DNA of 64,000 nucleotides from the NCBI GenBank assembly GCA_964291625.2, contig OZ220089.1:4032001-4096000 (forward strand). The letters run 5' to 3'. Below, piece by piece: positions 38,449 to 47,509 of this stretch. A program made the position numbers and the translations under genes. The notes beneath the pieces were generated by a model that worked only from the letters and a program-made list of their open reading frames with translations, was not told the DNA's origin and did not search any database. How positions within the stretch are numbered: position 1 is the stretch's first letter; the number at the start of each line of letters is the position of its first letter. The stretch comes from Candidatus Latescibacterota bacterium. GTDB lineage: Bacteria; Latescibacterota; UBA2968; UBA8231.

Positions 38449-38476
38449 TTGACAAGGGTGTAGGGTTGCCTATGCT
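38449..38476 (+). promoter_or_regulatory. Sigma70 promoter for the lipoprotein cassette
   Basis: TTGACA-N16-TATGCT. Confidence 0.6.
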
Positions 38477-38556
38477 ACCCTGTCCGGCTCACTCTACAAG
38501 GCTTGTATGTAGGCGGCGGCCGGCAAGTGCAGGGCCGCTCGGATTGGATTCGCAAG

Positions 38557-39210
38557 ATGAGTACTGGCGTTGCTGTATTCCTAGGTTTCCTCCCCGTCCT
38601 TGTAGCCTGTGGGGGCAAGGACAGACCGGTCGGACCAGGGGAGAAACCAGAAGACCAGGAAAAGGCCGACCTGGAAAACCGCTGGCAAATGGAGTCTCTG
38701 CCCGGTGACTCCTTCGATTCAGTGACTTTCGATTTTCTACCCGAAGGCCTCTTGCAGGTTCAAATGGAATCAGAGGTTGACCTCGATGAACTACTCCCTT
38801 CCGAAGAGCCCGAGTCAGAGGAATTCCCCGGAGATCTTGACTTCAACTTCGGAACAGGTCGCGTTTCAGTCGTACTAGCAGCCAACTGGACAGCAACCAG
38901 CAACCTCCTGACTATCAGGCATGACAGAGTTGGTGAGATTCGGATAGATGATATGCTCTTGGCCGATTTCTTCAGATCCTTGAGCAAGACCCATGGGAAC
39001 GAGCAGCTGGCTAGTGACGACTTCTTGCTCGACATCCTCATCGCTACAATAGAGCAAGCCGTGGCAAACAGAGCTGCACTTCTGACTGCCGGCTTTGGCA
39101 GTGCTTCCTATGAAATCGAGGGGGAAAGCCTCACTATACATGCTGAAGGCGGAAGCAGAAGGTTCGACCGAGTTGGCCGACCTGCGGGTTCTCTCCAGCA
39201 AACGGGCTGA
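38557..39210 (+). CDS. Hypothetical lipoprotein (lower GC)
   Basis: Lipobox LVAC after a hydrophobic leader; lipocalin-like W...YEIEGESLTI pattern. Confidence 0.65.
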   Translation: MSTGVAVFLGFLPVLVACGGKDRPVGPGEKPEDQEKADLENRWQMESLPGDSFDSVTFDFLPEGLLQVQMESEVDLDELLPSEEPESEEFPGDLDFNFGTGRVSVVLAANWTATSNLLTIRHDRVGEIRIDDMLLADFFRSLSKTHGNEQLASDDFLLDILIATIEQAVANRAALLTAGFGSASYEIEGESLTIHAEGGSRRFDRVGRPAGSLQQTG

Positions 39211-39251
39211 GCATTCCCCCCATGCGATCCGCAGGCGAGATTGGACAGGCT

Positions 39252-40475
39252 ATGAGGGCATTGTGTTTCGTGACTTCCCTGTTCCTATGCAGTTGTGATA
39301 CCCTTGTCTCGAGAGTCCTGGCGCCTATCAGAGTCTTCGATGGCAACATCGATCTACCGGATCGGCCCTATGCCGACGAGAGATTGGGTATCGTCAACCC
39401 CTCCGGAATCGCAATCCATCCCGACGGCAGGGTTTTTGTGTGCAATCTCAATGGCAGGGACTCGCGCCACTTCTATGGACAGATTATCGTGCTGTACGAC
39501 GACAACGGCGATGGCTATGCCGATCGATCCACGATATTCGCAGACAGTCTGACTACCGTTGTGGGCGTGGCACTACGTGGAGACGATGTCTACGCGTCGA
39601 TATATGGAGAGATTGTACTCTTCAGTGACGTTGACGGGGACGGCACAGCCGACACTCGAGAATCCGTAGCGAAACTGCTTCCTTGGGGTACCCACGTAAA
39701 CAACCAGATCGCTTTTGGCCCCGATGGAATGCTGTACGTAACACTTGGATCGGAATTCGACGCTCAGGAGGAGAGCCGGCCTGAGCGAGCTTCCATTCTA
39801 CGAATCTCCGCCGTTGCCAGGGGCCTGAACCTGAGACAGAGTTCCGAAGGCATAGAAATCGTGGCTACAGGCATACGCAATGCTTTCGACTTGACCTTTG
39901 GGCCACCTGGCCACATAGCAGAAGGGGAGCTATTCGCTACCGACAATGGCCCTGAAGGACCGGCGGCCGATGCGGAGGCAGGTATTGAACGTTCAGAGGA
40001 GTATGAGACGAGCTTTCCCGATGAACTGAATCACATTGTATTCGGTGCTCACTATGGGTATCCAGAGTACTTCGGCAGACCTCCGGACGGAAGCGGAACC
40101 AGCGGGCCCATCGTCGAATTCGTCGACCACAGCGGGGCTGAGGGTTTGGCCTTCAATACCGGGGATTCCTTTCCTGGCATGCATGGGCTATTGTTCGTAG
40201 CCCTCTACCATAGTTCAAAGATCGTGGCGGTCGAGCTGAACAAGGCAGGTGATTCCTATTCGGCCGAGGTCCGGACTATTCTCGAGTTCCCTTGCTTGAG
40301 CGATGAGATCGAGGTTCGGTGGGGCACCGGACACAAGCCTTGCCTCCATGAACATCCTCTCGACCTGGCCTTTGCCCCGGACGGGAGCTTGTTCATCTCA
40401 GCATTTGGCATGATTTCGGGCCAGGACTTCAGCCCCAAGGTTTACGGGAAGATCTACCGCATCACTGGGTACTGA
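39252..40475 (+). CDS. PQQ-dependent sugar/sorbosone dehydrogenase family beta-propeller, probable lipoprotein
   Basis: IAFGPDGMLYV, ATGIRNAFD, ATDNGP, PDELNHI..GAHYGYP; D-x-N/D-G-D-G-x-A-D loops. Confidence 0.85.
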   Translation: MRALCFVTSLFLCSCDTLVSRVLAPIRVFDGNIDLPDRPYADERLGIVNPSGIAIHPDGRVFVCNLNGRDSRHFYGQIIVLYDDNGDGYADRSTIFADSLTTVVGVALRGDDVYASIYGEIVLFSDVDGDGTADTRESVAKLLPWGTHVNNQIAFGPDGMLYVTLGSEFDAQEESRPERASILRISAVARGLNLRQSSEGIEIVATGIRNAFDLTFGPPGHIAEGELFATDNGPEGPAADAEAGIERSEEYETSFPDELNHIVFGAHYGYPEYFGRPPDGSGTSGPIVEFVDHSGAEGLAFNTGDSFPGMHGLLFVALYHSSKIVAVELNKAGDSYSAEVRTILEFPCLSDEIEVRWGTGHKPCLHEHPLDLAFAPDGSLFISAFGMISGQDFSPKVYGKIYRITGY

Positions 40476-40609
40476 GCCGACCATCGTAGCGGCGGGTGCT
40501 GCAGTACCAAAGACGAGGGCACCTGGAAAGGTCCGGCCCTTCCTCTCGGCCGTCTCCGCTGGCGGAGGCGCCCCAGTTGTCTGGGCCCCTCCGATCGAGT
40601 GCCCGGGCG

Positions 40610-41722
40610 TTGAAAGCACTCTTGGATGCCTCTGAAAAAGCCGCCGTCCTGCACCGCGAGTCGATCGTGATCGACGGTCACTGCGACATCCTCATTCCGG
40701 TCAGCGACGGCAAGATGACGCTCGACCAGCGGGTCGACCTCCCCGACCCCGGCAGCTGGGAGCCGCCCCTCGGCTTCGACACCGGCCCCTTCGCCCAGTT
40801 CGGGATGTCGGCGCCCACCGTCTGGTTCGGGTGCATGGGCCAGTACGACCTGCCGCGGTGGCGTGAAGGCGGCGTCACCTCGCAACTCTGCGCGGTCTAC
40901 CTCGACGACGACCAGCTCAACCGCCCGCTGCACCGCGGGCTCGAGATGACCTGGCACCTGCACCATGAAGTCGACCGGCTGGACGGGCTGGTGCTCGCCA
41001 CGTCGGCGGCCGGGATCCGTCAGGCCAAGGAGGATGGGCGGGTGGCGCTCGTCTTCGCCTTCGAGGGCTGCGAGGCGCTGGGGGCCGACCCGCGTTTCCT
41101 CGATCTCTACCACAAGCTCGGCCTGCGGGTGGCGAGCCTGACCCACACCCGCCGCAACATCTACGCCGACGGCTGCCGGGCCGCGGACGACCAGGGTGGA
41201 CTGACGGCCGCCGGCAAGGCGCTCATCGACCGGATGGGAGAGCTCGGCATCGTGGTCGACCTGGTGCACATCGGCGAGCGCGGCTTCTGGGAGATCCTCG
41301 ACCGGGTCGACCGTCCGGTCATCCTCTCCCACACCACGCCCACCATGTTCCCCAACAGCGATCCGGCTTCGCGCCGAGCCGGTGGCACCCCGCGAACACG
41401 CCTCGAGCTGCCCCGCGACCGGAAGATGCTCGAGGCGATCGCCCGCAACGGGGGTGTGCTGGGACTGATTCACATCACCCACCGCAACCTCTCCGAAGTG
41501 GTCGACGACATCGAGACCGCCCTCGGCGTGATGGGCCCCGACCACGTCGGTCTGGGCAGCGACCAGTACGGGGCCGACCTCGCGCCGGAAGGCCTGGAGC
41601 ACATCGGCAGGGTTCCCGCCATCACCGAGGAACTCGTGCGACGGGGTCACGGCGACGACACGATCCGCAAGTTCCTCGGCGAGAACTACCTCCGGGTCTT
41701 CGAAGAGGTCTGGGGGCAGTAG
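40610..41722 (+). CDS. Membrane dipeptidase (M19 family); start uncertain (TTG)
   Basis: IDGHCD, AFEG, SLTH, DLVH, LSH, HVGLGSD, FLGENYLRV. Confidence 0.88.
   Translation: MKALLDASEKAAVLHRESIVIDGHCDILIPVSDGKMTLDQRVDLPDPGSWEPPLGFDTGPFAQFGMSAPTVWFGCMGQYDLPRWREGGVTSQLCAVYLDDDQLNRPLHRGLEMTWHLHHEVDRLDGLVLATSAAGIRQAKEDGRVALVFAFEGCEALGADPRFLDLYHKLGLRVASLTHTRRNIYADGCRAADDQGGLTAAGKALIDRMGELGIVVDLVHIGERGFWEILDRVDRPVILSHTTPTMFPNSDPASRRAGGTPRTRLELPRDRKMLEAIARNGGVLGLIHITHRNLSEVVDDIETALGVMGPDHVGLGSDQYGADLAPEGLEHIGRVPAITEELVRRGHGDDTIRKFLGENYLRVFEEVWGQ
40631..40974 (+). repeat. 344-bp direct repeat, copy 2
   Basis: Matches 37981-38324. Confidence 0.92.
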
Positions 41723-41739
41723 GAGGAAGGACTCACTCC

Positions 41740-43185
41740 ATGGCAACTCTCAGAGGCGTCATTCGAGACAGCGTTTCAGGTGCTTCCGTCGAGGCGAAGG
41801 TCCATGTCCTGACCAGCAGCGGCCACTTCGTCCACCCCTCTGACAGTATCCTGAAGATCGGTCCGGGGGACCCGTTCTTCTACTGTCCGGGGGAGTTCAC
41901 CGTGGACGTGCCCCGTGGCTCAACGGACATCGTGGTGGAGCGCGGCACGGAGTACGAACCCCTTCGGAAGGTCGTTTCCATGCCCGCCAAAGGGGCCGTC
42001 GAAGTCGAGCTGCATCTCAAGCGATGGGCCGATCTGCCGTCCCAGGGGTGGTACCCCGGGAACACACATCTGCACTACAATGAGAGGGAGGCCCGGCCCG
42101 ATGACCGGTTGCGGCTCGATCCAAGAGTCCACGACCTCAGCGTGACCGTCATCAGCCTCCTGCAGCGGGGTGACCTGCCCTACGCCAGCAACAAGTACCC
42201 GCTCGGGTTCATGACCGACTATTCGACCGCACATCACCTGATCGATTGCGGCGAGGAGAACCGCCACAACTCCCAACATGGCGGCGGCTCCGGACATGTC
42301 ATGTTCCTGCGCATCGAGAATCTGGTAGAGCCGGTCAGTCGTGGTGATCTTGTCAGCAACCTCGACCCCGACTACCCGCCGATCTGTTACGCCTGCGACG
42401 ACGCCAGGCGGCAGGGGGGCATCGTGCTGTGGTGTCACAACGGCAGGGGAATGGAGGCGCCGGTGGCGGCAGCCTTGGGGAAGCTGGATGCCTTCAACCT
42501 CTTCGATCCCTCCTGGAAAGATCTCGAATACGACATCTGGTATCGCCTGCTCAACTGCGGCATCCCGCTCCCTGCATCGACCGGGACGGACTGGTTCATC
42601 TGCTCGAACAACCGTGTCTATGTCCAGACCGATGAGGAGTTCACCTACGAAAACTGGTTGAAGGGCCTGCAGGTGGGACGGACCTTCATCACGAACGGAC
42701 CGGCCCTGTTCCTGAATCTCGACGGGCAACCCCCCGGCGGCGCCATCGAATCGCCTCCACGCACGGTGTCGGGACAGATCACCTGGCAATCGCACTACCC
42801 GCTCAACCTCGTCGAGCTGATCTCCAACGGGGAGGTCACCCGGACGGTCCCACTCGACGGGCGGAGACAGGGTGGGGAATGGGCCTTCGACCTCCGGATC
42901 GAGTCCGATGGCTGGGTGGCGGCACGCGCCTTCGGGGAAGCCCGCGACAGCTTCGCGCAGCCGATCTATGCACACACGAGTCCCATCTATATCGGTTCAG
43001 GTCTCCCCGTCGACATCGCCCAGGGTTCAGCAGCGTTCTTCGTCCGCTCGATCGACAGCGCAGCGGAGATCGTGAGCCGGGACTGGCGGTTTGCGGACGG
43101 TACACAGCGGGAGGAAGTCCTGCACCTGTTCAACGAAGGGCGAAGGGTCTACCAGAATCTGGCCGAGGGGCGTTCTCTGTCTTAG
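41740..43185 (+). CDS. CehA/McbA-like PHP-fold metallohydrolase
   Basis: ERGTEY, GWYPGNTHLH, GEENR, GH, WYRLLNCG...GTD, TFITNGP, AHTSPIY. Confidence 0.82.
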   Translation: MATLRGVIRDSVSGASVEAKVHVLTSSGHFVHPSDSILKIGPGDPFFYCPGEFTVDVPRGSTDIVVERGTEYEPLRKVVSMPAKGAVEVELHLKRWADLPSQGWYPGNTHLHYNEREARPDDRLRLDPRVHDLSVTVISLLQRGDLPYASNKYPLGFMTDYSTAHHLIDCGEENRHNSQHGGGSGHVMFLRIENLVEPVSRGDLVSNLDPDYPPICYACDDARRQGGIVLWCHNGRGMEAPVAAALGKLDAFNLFDPSWKDLEYDIWYRLLNCGIPLPASTGTDWFICSNNRVYVQTDEEFTYENWLKGLQVGRTFITNGPALFLNLDGQPPGGAIESPPRTVSGQITWQSHYPLNLVELISNGEVTRTVPLDGRRQGGEWAFDLRIESDGWVAARAFGEARDSFAQPIYAHTSPIYIGSGLPVDIAQGSAAFFVRSIDSAAEIVSRDWRFADGTQREEVLHLFNEGRRVYQNLAEGRSLS

Positions 43186-43260
43186 GCCGGCCCGCTTGCC
43201 GATCCGTCGGCGGCGGACGGCTCGGCGAGCGCCGCGTCTTGCGGCCGATAGTGAGGGCAA

Positions 43261-45459
43261 ATGAAGGAACGCTTCGAGTTCGATCATGGCGACGACCACG
43301 TGCTGCGCTACCGCCGGCTGCGCGTCGAGCGCCAGGAAGTGCTCTTCGGCGACGCCGAGCCGCTGCTCTGCCGGCAGGGAGATGCGCTCGTGCTCGCCGG
43401 CCGCGGCGGGTCCCTGGCCCGCAGCGGCGACGGCGGCGTGACCTGGTCGCAGCTTGCCGACCTGGCAACGCCCGCGGCGCCGGGTGGCGTGGTGCTGGCA
43501 CTGACCGCCGGCCGGGACGGGACGCTCGTCGCCGCCATCGAGCGGAGCGGCGCCGTGAGCGAGGCGAACCTCACCCAGAGTGTTCTGATCGTCAGCGCCG
43601 ACGAGCCCGCCGGGCCGTGGCGGGTGATCGCCACGCTGGACCTGGAACTCTCTGACTCGCCCAGCGCCTGCCTGACCGCCCTGGCCGACGGCGCCCTGCT
43701 GCTGTGCCTGCCGGGACGCATCCTGCGCTCCACCGACGGCGGCGCGGCCTGGGAGCCCGCGGGCGAGCCTCCGGCCGGAGGAGGGACGCTCCACCCGCTG
43801 CAGCTCGCCTCCGGCCGGCTGGTCGCCCCCGTCGGCGGCTCCGCGGGCGAGATCGCCCTGGGCGAGTCCGAGGACGGCGGCGCCACCTGGAACGTGCCGG
43901 ACGGATTCGCGCCGCTGCCGGCACCGCTGGCCGAGCTTCCCGACGGCCGCCTGGTGCTCAGCTACGGCATGCCGCACTTCCCCTACGGCGCGCGCGCGGT
44001 CGTCGGTTCAACCCCCGTCGGCGGCGACGGCACGCACTGGGGGGACGATGTCTACGTGCTCGCCCTCAGCCGCTACGCCATCCGCGAGAAGGCGCGCCCG
44101 GTGCTGGCCGGCGCCGGCGTGAGCGCCGCCACCGTAGTGACCGCGGACGGCGCCATCGTCTCCGCCTTCCACCGCGGCGCCGCCCTGGGCTCGTACGCGC
44201 CCACCATCTACGGCCCCGGCATGGACGAGTGGGGCCGCCGGCCGGCGGTCGGCGTGGTGCGCTGGACCCCGGAAGGCCTGGAGAAACCGCCGCTGGTCTA
44301 CCCCAACCTGTGGAGCGACCAAGTCGACGCCCGCGGCTACCTGGACAACGGCATGGTGCGCATGCGGCCCGACGACCGCTACGAAGGCGGCGACTACGTC
44401 GAGAACTTCGAGATGGTTGCCTATCGGCGCGTGGCGGCCGAGCACCGCTACTTCGCCGGGGCGGGCGCCAAGGGCGTGGTCGTCTGCCGCCATCCCGACG
44501 GCAGCCTGGTCTACTCCAGCCGCGACTGCCGCATCCATCGCTCCACCGACGAGGGACGCACGTGGAGCTTCGTGGCCGGGATCCCGATGTCCGGACGGGA
44601 GCCGTTGGTCTTCGGCTTCGGGGTGACCGGCGCCGGCACCTTCCTGGCGAGCTACGCCGCCCTGATCGATGACGCCGACCGGTCGCGCGGCACGTTCCCC
44701 ACGCGCGAGCCCCGCGTGGCGCGCAGCGACGACGACGGAAGGACGTGGACGGACTCCGAGCTGGCGCCGCGGCCGACGCGCTACTGCGGCCTGGGCGACG
44801 GCAGCCGCATCGTGCAGCTCGCCGACGGCACCGTGATCTGCTTCTGCAGCAACGCCTGGAACGATGCCACGCACCGGGCCGGATACGAAGGGGACGTCCT
44901 GCTGCGCTCGCAGGACGACGGCCGGAGCTGGGGCGACTGGACGGTGCTGCCGCCCGGGAGCTGCGAGTCGAACCTCCTGGAGCTGCCCTCGGGGGAGCTG
45001 CTCTGCGCGACGCGCTTCCAGCGCGAGTCCCTGCACCCGGACCTGTTCGACGCGCCCGCCGATCAGGGAGGCGGTCACGAGACCTGGCCGGCGCCCTCGC
45101 TCAACCGGGTCGGACCGGGGCGCTACAAGAACGAGGCGATCATGCTCTCCGGAAACGGCGGCTACGACTGGACCACCCCGTTCCTGGTGACCCGCATGCA
45201 CATGGTCTCCGCCGATGCCGTGGCCCTGCCGGACGGCCGCGTGGTGCTGACCTACGACCACAAGGACGCCGTCGGCGGCCCCCGGGCGCTGGTCAGCCCC
45301 GACGGCGGACGGACGTGGGACCCGGAGCCCTGGATCCTCGCCTACCACACCATGGACGCGCGCACCAGCTCGGTGCTGCTGCGCGACGGCCGCGTGCTGA
45401 CCCTGTGGGCCGGCGCCCGCGACCAGGGCGTCCACGCCACCACCTGGACGCCGGAGTGA
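43261..45459 (+). CDS. Two-domain sialidase-like BNR/Asp-box protein
   Basis: At least 8 SxDxGxTW-type boxes; no signal peptide. Confidence 0.78.
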   Translation: MKERFEFDHGDDHVLRYRRLRVERQEVLFGDAEPLLCRQGDALVLAGRGGSLARSGDGGVTWSQLADLATPAAPGGVVLALTAGRDGTLVAAIERSGAVSEANLTQSVLIVSADEPAGPWRVIATLDLELSDSPSACLTALADGALLLCLPGRILRSTDGGAAWEPAGEPPAGGGTLHPLQLASGRLVAPVGGSAGEIALGESEDGGATWNVPDGFAPLPAPLAELPDGRLVLSYGMPHFPYGARAVVGSTPVGGDGTHWGDDVYVLALSRYAIREKARPVLAGAGVSAATVVTADGAIVSAFHRGAALGSYAPTIYGPGMDEWGRRPAVGVVRWTPEGLEKPPLVYPNLWSDQVDARGYLDNGMVRMRPDDRYEGGDYVENFEMVAYRRVAAEHRYFAGAGAKGVVVCRHPDGSLVYSSRDCRIHRSTDEGRTWSFVAGIPMSGREPLVFGFGVTGAGTFLASYAALIDDADRSRGTFPTREPRVARSDDDGRTWTDSELAPRPTRYCGLGDGSRIVQLADGTVICFCSNAWNDATHRAGYEGDVLLRSQDDGRSWGDWTVLPPGSCESNLLELPSGELLCATRFQRESLHPDLFDAPADQGGGHETWPAPSLNRVGPGRYKNEAIMLSGNGGYDWTTPFLVTRMHMVSADAVALPDGRVVLTYDHKDAVGGPRALVSPDGGRTWDPEPWILAYHTMDARTSSVLLRDGRVLTLWAGARDQGVHATTWTPE

Positions 45460-45464
45460 GGGAG

Positions 45465-47081
45465 ATGCCCGCCCCGACGCCCCCCGACACCCGGCCGCCG
45501 CGGGACTGGGAGCTGGTCTACGTCAGCGATCCGTCCAACGTCTGCAACTACGACTTCGACTCGGGCGACTCCCGGCCGCTGGTCACCTCGCACCCGGCTA
45601 GGCCGGAAGAGCTCCGCACCTTCATCGACCGCGTGGCCACCAGCACCGCCGACGTGTTCGTGCAGGAGGTGTACAACGCCGGCTGGACCATGTACTTCCG
45701 CTCCGGGCGTTTCGAGTACGACGCGCGCCCCCAGCACCGGCGGTTCCTGCCGATGATGGACAACGGCATCATGCCCCTGCGGGTGATGCTGGAGCGCTGC
45801 CGGGAGCGCGGCATGCGCTGCCTGGCCGGCTTCCGGGTCAACGACAACCACGGCGCCCCGGACCAGGGCGGCATGTTCCTGCACCGCAACCCGCAGTGGA
45901 AGATCACCGAGGTGCCGCCGGGCGGCGCCTTCCTGCCGGGCAACCGGATGGACTTCACGTTCCCCGAGGTGCGCGACTACCTGTACGCGGTCGTCGCCGA
46001 GGTCGTGTCACGCTTCGACGTGGACGGCGTGCTGCTTACCATGCGCGATGGCCTCTACTTCCCCGCCCCCGGCGGCGATCGGAGCCTCGCCCGCGAGCGC
46101 CAGCCGCTGATGACCGGCCTCATCGAGCGGCTGCGCGCCGTGCTCGACGAGCACGGCGCCGCGCGCGGGCGGCGGCTGGAGTTGGGTGCGCTGGTGCCGG
46201 AGACCCTGGAGGACGGCCGCGCCGTGGGGCTGGACGTGCCCGCGTGGATCGGCGGCGGACTGGTCGACTTCGTCGCTCCCATGGACTCGTCGTTCACCGA
46301 CTTCAACGCCGACTACGAGGAGTTCCGCGCTCTCACCGCGGGGACACCCTGCCGGCTCTACCCGGGCGTGCAGCCGTACTGCTCCTCGCGCGAGAGCTTC
46401 GGTCCGCCGGCGACGGCGGAGAACTACCGCGCCCTGGCGCACGCCCTTCGCCAGCAAGGCGCCGACGGCATGTCGGCCTACAACTTCCAGAAGCACTGGG
46501 GCGGGTTCCGTTGCGGCCGGCGCGGCACCGAGACCGGCTGGCCCGCGGCCTTCCGCCTGCTGCGCGAGGCTCGCAACCCGCAGCGGGTGGCCGACGGCGT
46601 CCGTCACTACACCTACCGCTCGATGTGGGGCGGCTACCACGGCATCAGCCCGTCCGGCACCAACGTGTGCGGCACGATGAAGGACCAGAAGCTGGTCCTG
46701 CCGCGCGAGCCGGGCAGTCCGTCGGCGAGCTACCGGTTCCGGCTGTTCGAGGAGGTGGAGCAAGCCGCCAGCGCCACCCTGTTCCTGCGCGCCGTCGGCC
46801 TGGGATCGGCCGACCGGATCGCTGTTCACCTCAACGGCACCGAGGTTCCGGCCGAGCGGCTCCGCCGCGTGCACCACCGCGAGGGGCGCCCGGAGCAGGC
46901 GGGCCGGCCGCTGCCCCCGCACACCACCGTCGTCATCGACCTGGCCCCCGGCCTGGTGGTGCCCGGCGACAACGATCTCACGCTGACGCTGCTGTTCTCC
47001 GGGACGGTGGACGTCGGCGCGGTGCCGGACCCGGAGCCGATCGTCGTCGACGAGGTGGACGTGACGGTGGTGCCGGGCTGA
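45465..47081 (+). CDS. Glycoside-hydrolase-like (GHL10/DUF187-type) TIM-barrel protein
   Basis: FRVNDNH, MDFTFPEVRDY, RFDVDGV, GLDVPAWI, GADGMSAYNF. Confidence 0.7.
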   Translation: MPAPTPPDTRPPRDWELVYVSDPSNVCNYDFDSGDSRPLVTSHPARPEELRTFIDRVATSTADVFVQEVYNAGWTMYFRSGRFEYDARPQHRRFLPMMDNGIMPLRVMLERCRERGMRCLAGFRVNDNHGAPDQGGMFLHRNPQWKITEVPPGGAFLPGNRMDFTFPEVRDYLYAVVAEVVSRFDVDGVLLTMRDGLYFPAPGGDRSLARERQPLMTGLIERLRAVLDEHGAARGRRLELGALVPETLEDGRAVGLDVPAWIGGGLVDFVAPMDSSFTDFNADYEEFRALTAGTPCRLYPGVQPYCSSRESFGPPATAENYRALAHALRQQGADGMSAYNFQKHWGGFRCGRRGTETGWPAAFRLLREARNPQRVADGVRHYTYRSMWGGYHGISPSGTNVCGTMKDQKLVLPREPGSPSASYRFRLFEEVEQAASATLFLRAVGLGSADRIAVHLNGTEVPAERLRRVHHREGRPEQAGRPLPPHTTVVIDLAPGLVVPGDNDLTLTLLFSGTVDVGAVPDPEPIVVDEVDVTVVPG

Positions 47082-47132
47082 GGGGGTCGTCATCTCGAGC
47101 TGTCTTGCCCAACTCAGCACAATGGCCGCCCC

Positions 47133-47509
47133 TACCAGAATCGTGCGGTCGAGGCTGCGCATGGTATCGAGGAGTTGATCGGACTTGCCCACGCGATGCG
47201 GGAGCGGAACTCACGCGGAGGATGCTCAAGCTATCGGCCCGGCAAAGTTGCGTTCTTCGATACCCTCAGTGTCAAGGACAGCGCGGTGCAGGTTCCCGGC
47301 GGCGATACGCTGGGCGCCGCGACCTTGACTGGACGGTGCGGGGCAGCGTTACCATCGACAGGACCTTACGAGAGAACGTCCACGCCAAGCCCCACGCCCT
47401 CGTGGATCGCGTCACATGGAGGTACGGGTGCCCGCGAGGCAAGAAGGCATCGGCGATCCGGACGGTGCTGGAGCAAGCCGAGGTTCTGTCCCACCGGGTG
47501 GGCGAGGAG
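47133..47509 (+). pseudogene. hsdR: Degraded 3' end of type I restriction endonuclease subunit R (DUF3387 region)
   Basis: YQNRAVEAAHGIEELIGLAHAMRE...AFFDTL..KDSAVQV, then after a frameshift TVRGSVTIDRTLRENVHAK...RYG.P..K...AIRTVLEQAEVLS. Confidence 0.8.

Noticed and set aside
47053-47086. Fourth copy of the enolase-end repeat (AGGTGGACGTGACGGTGG...TGAGGGG)
   Set aside because: Needs several gaps and is the natural end of the GHL10-like gene; compatible with chance in GC-rich sequence.
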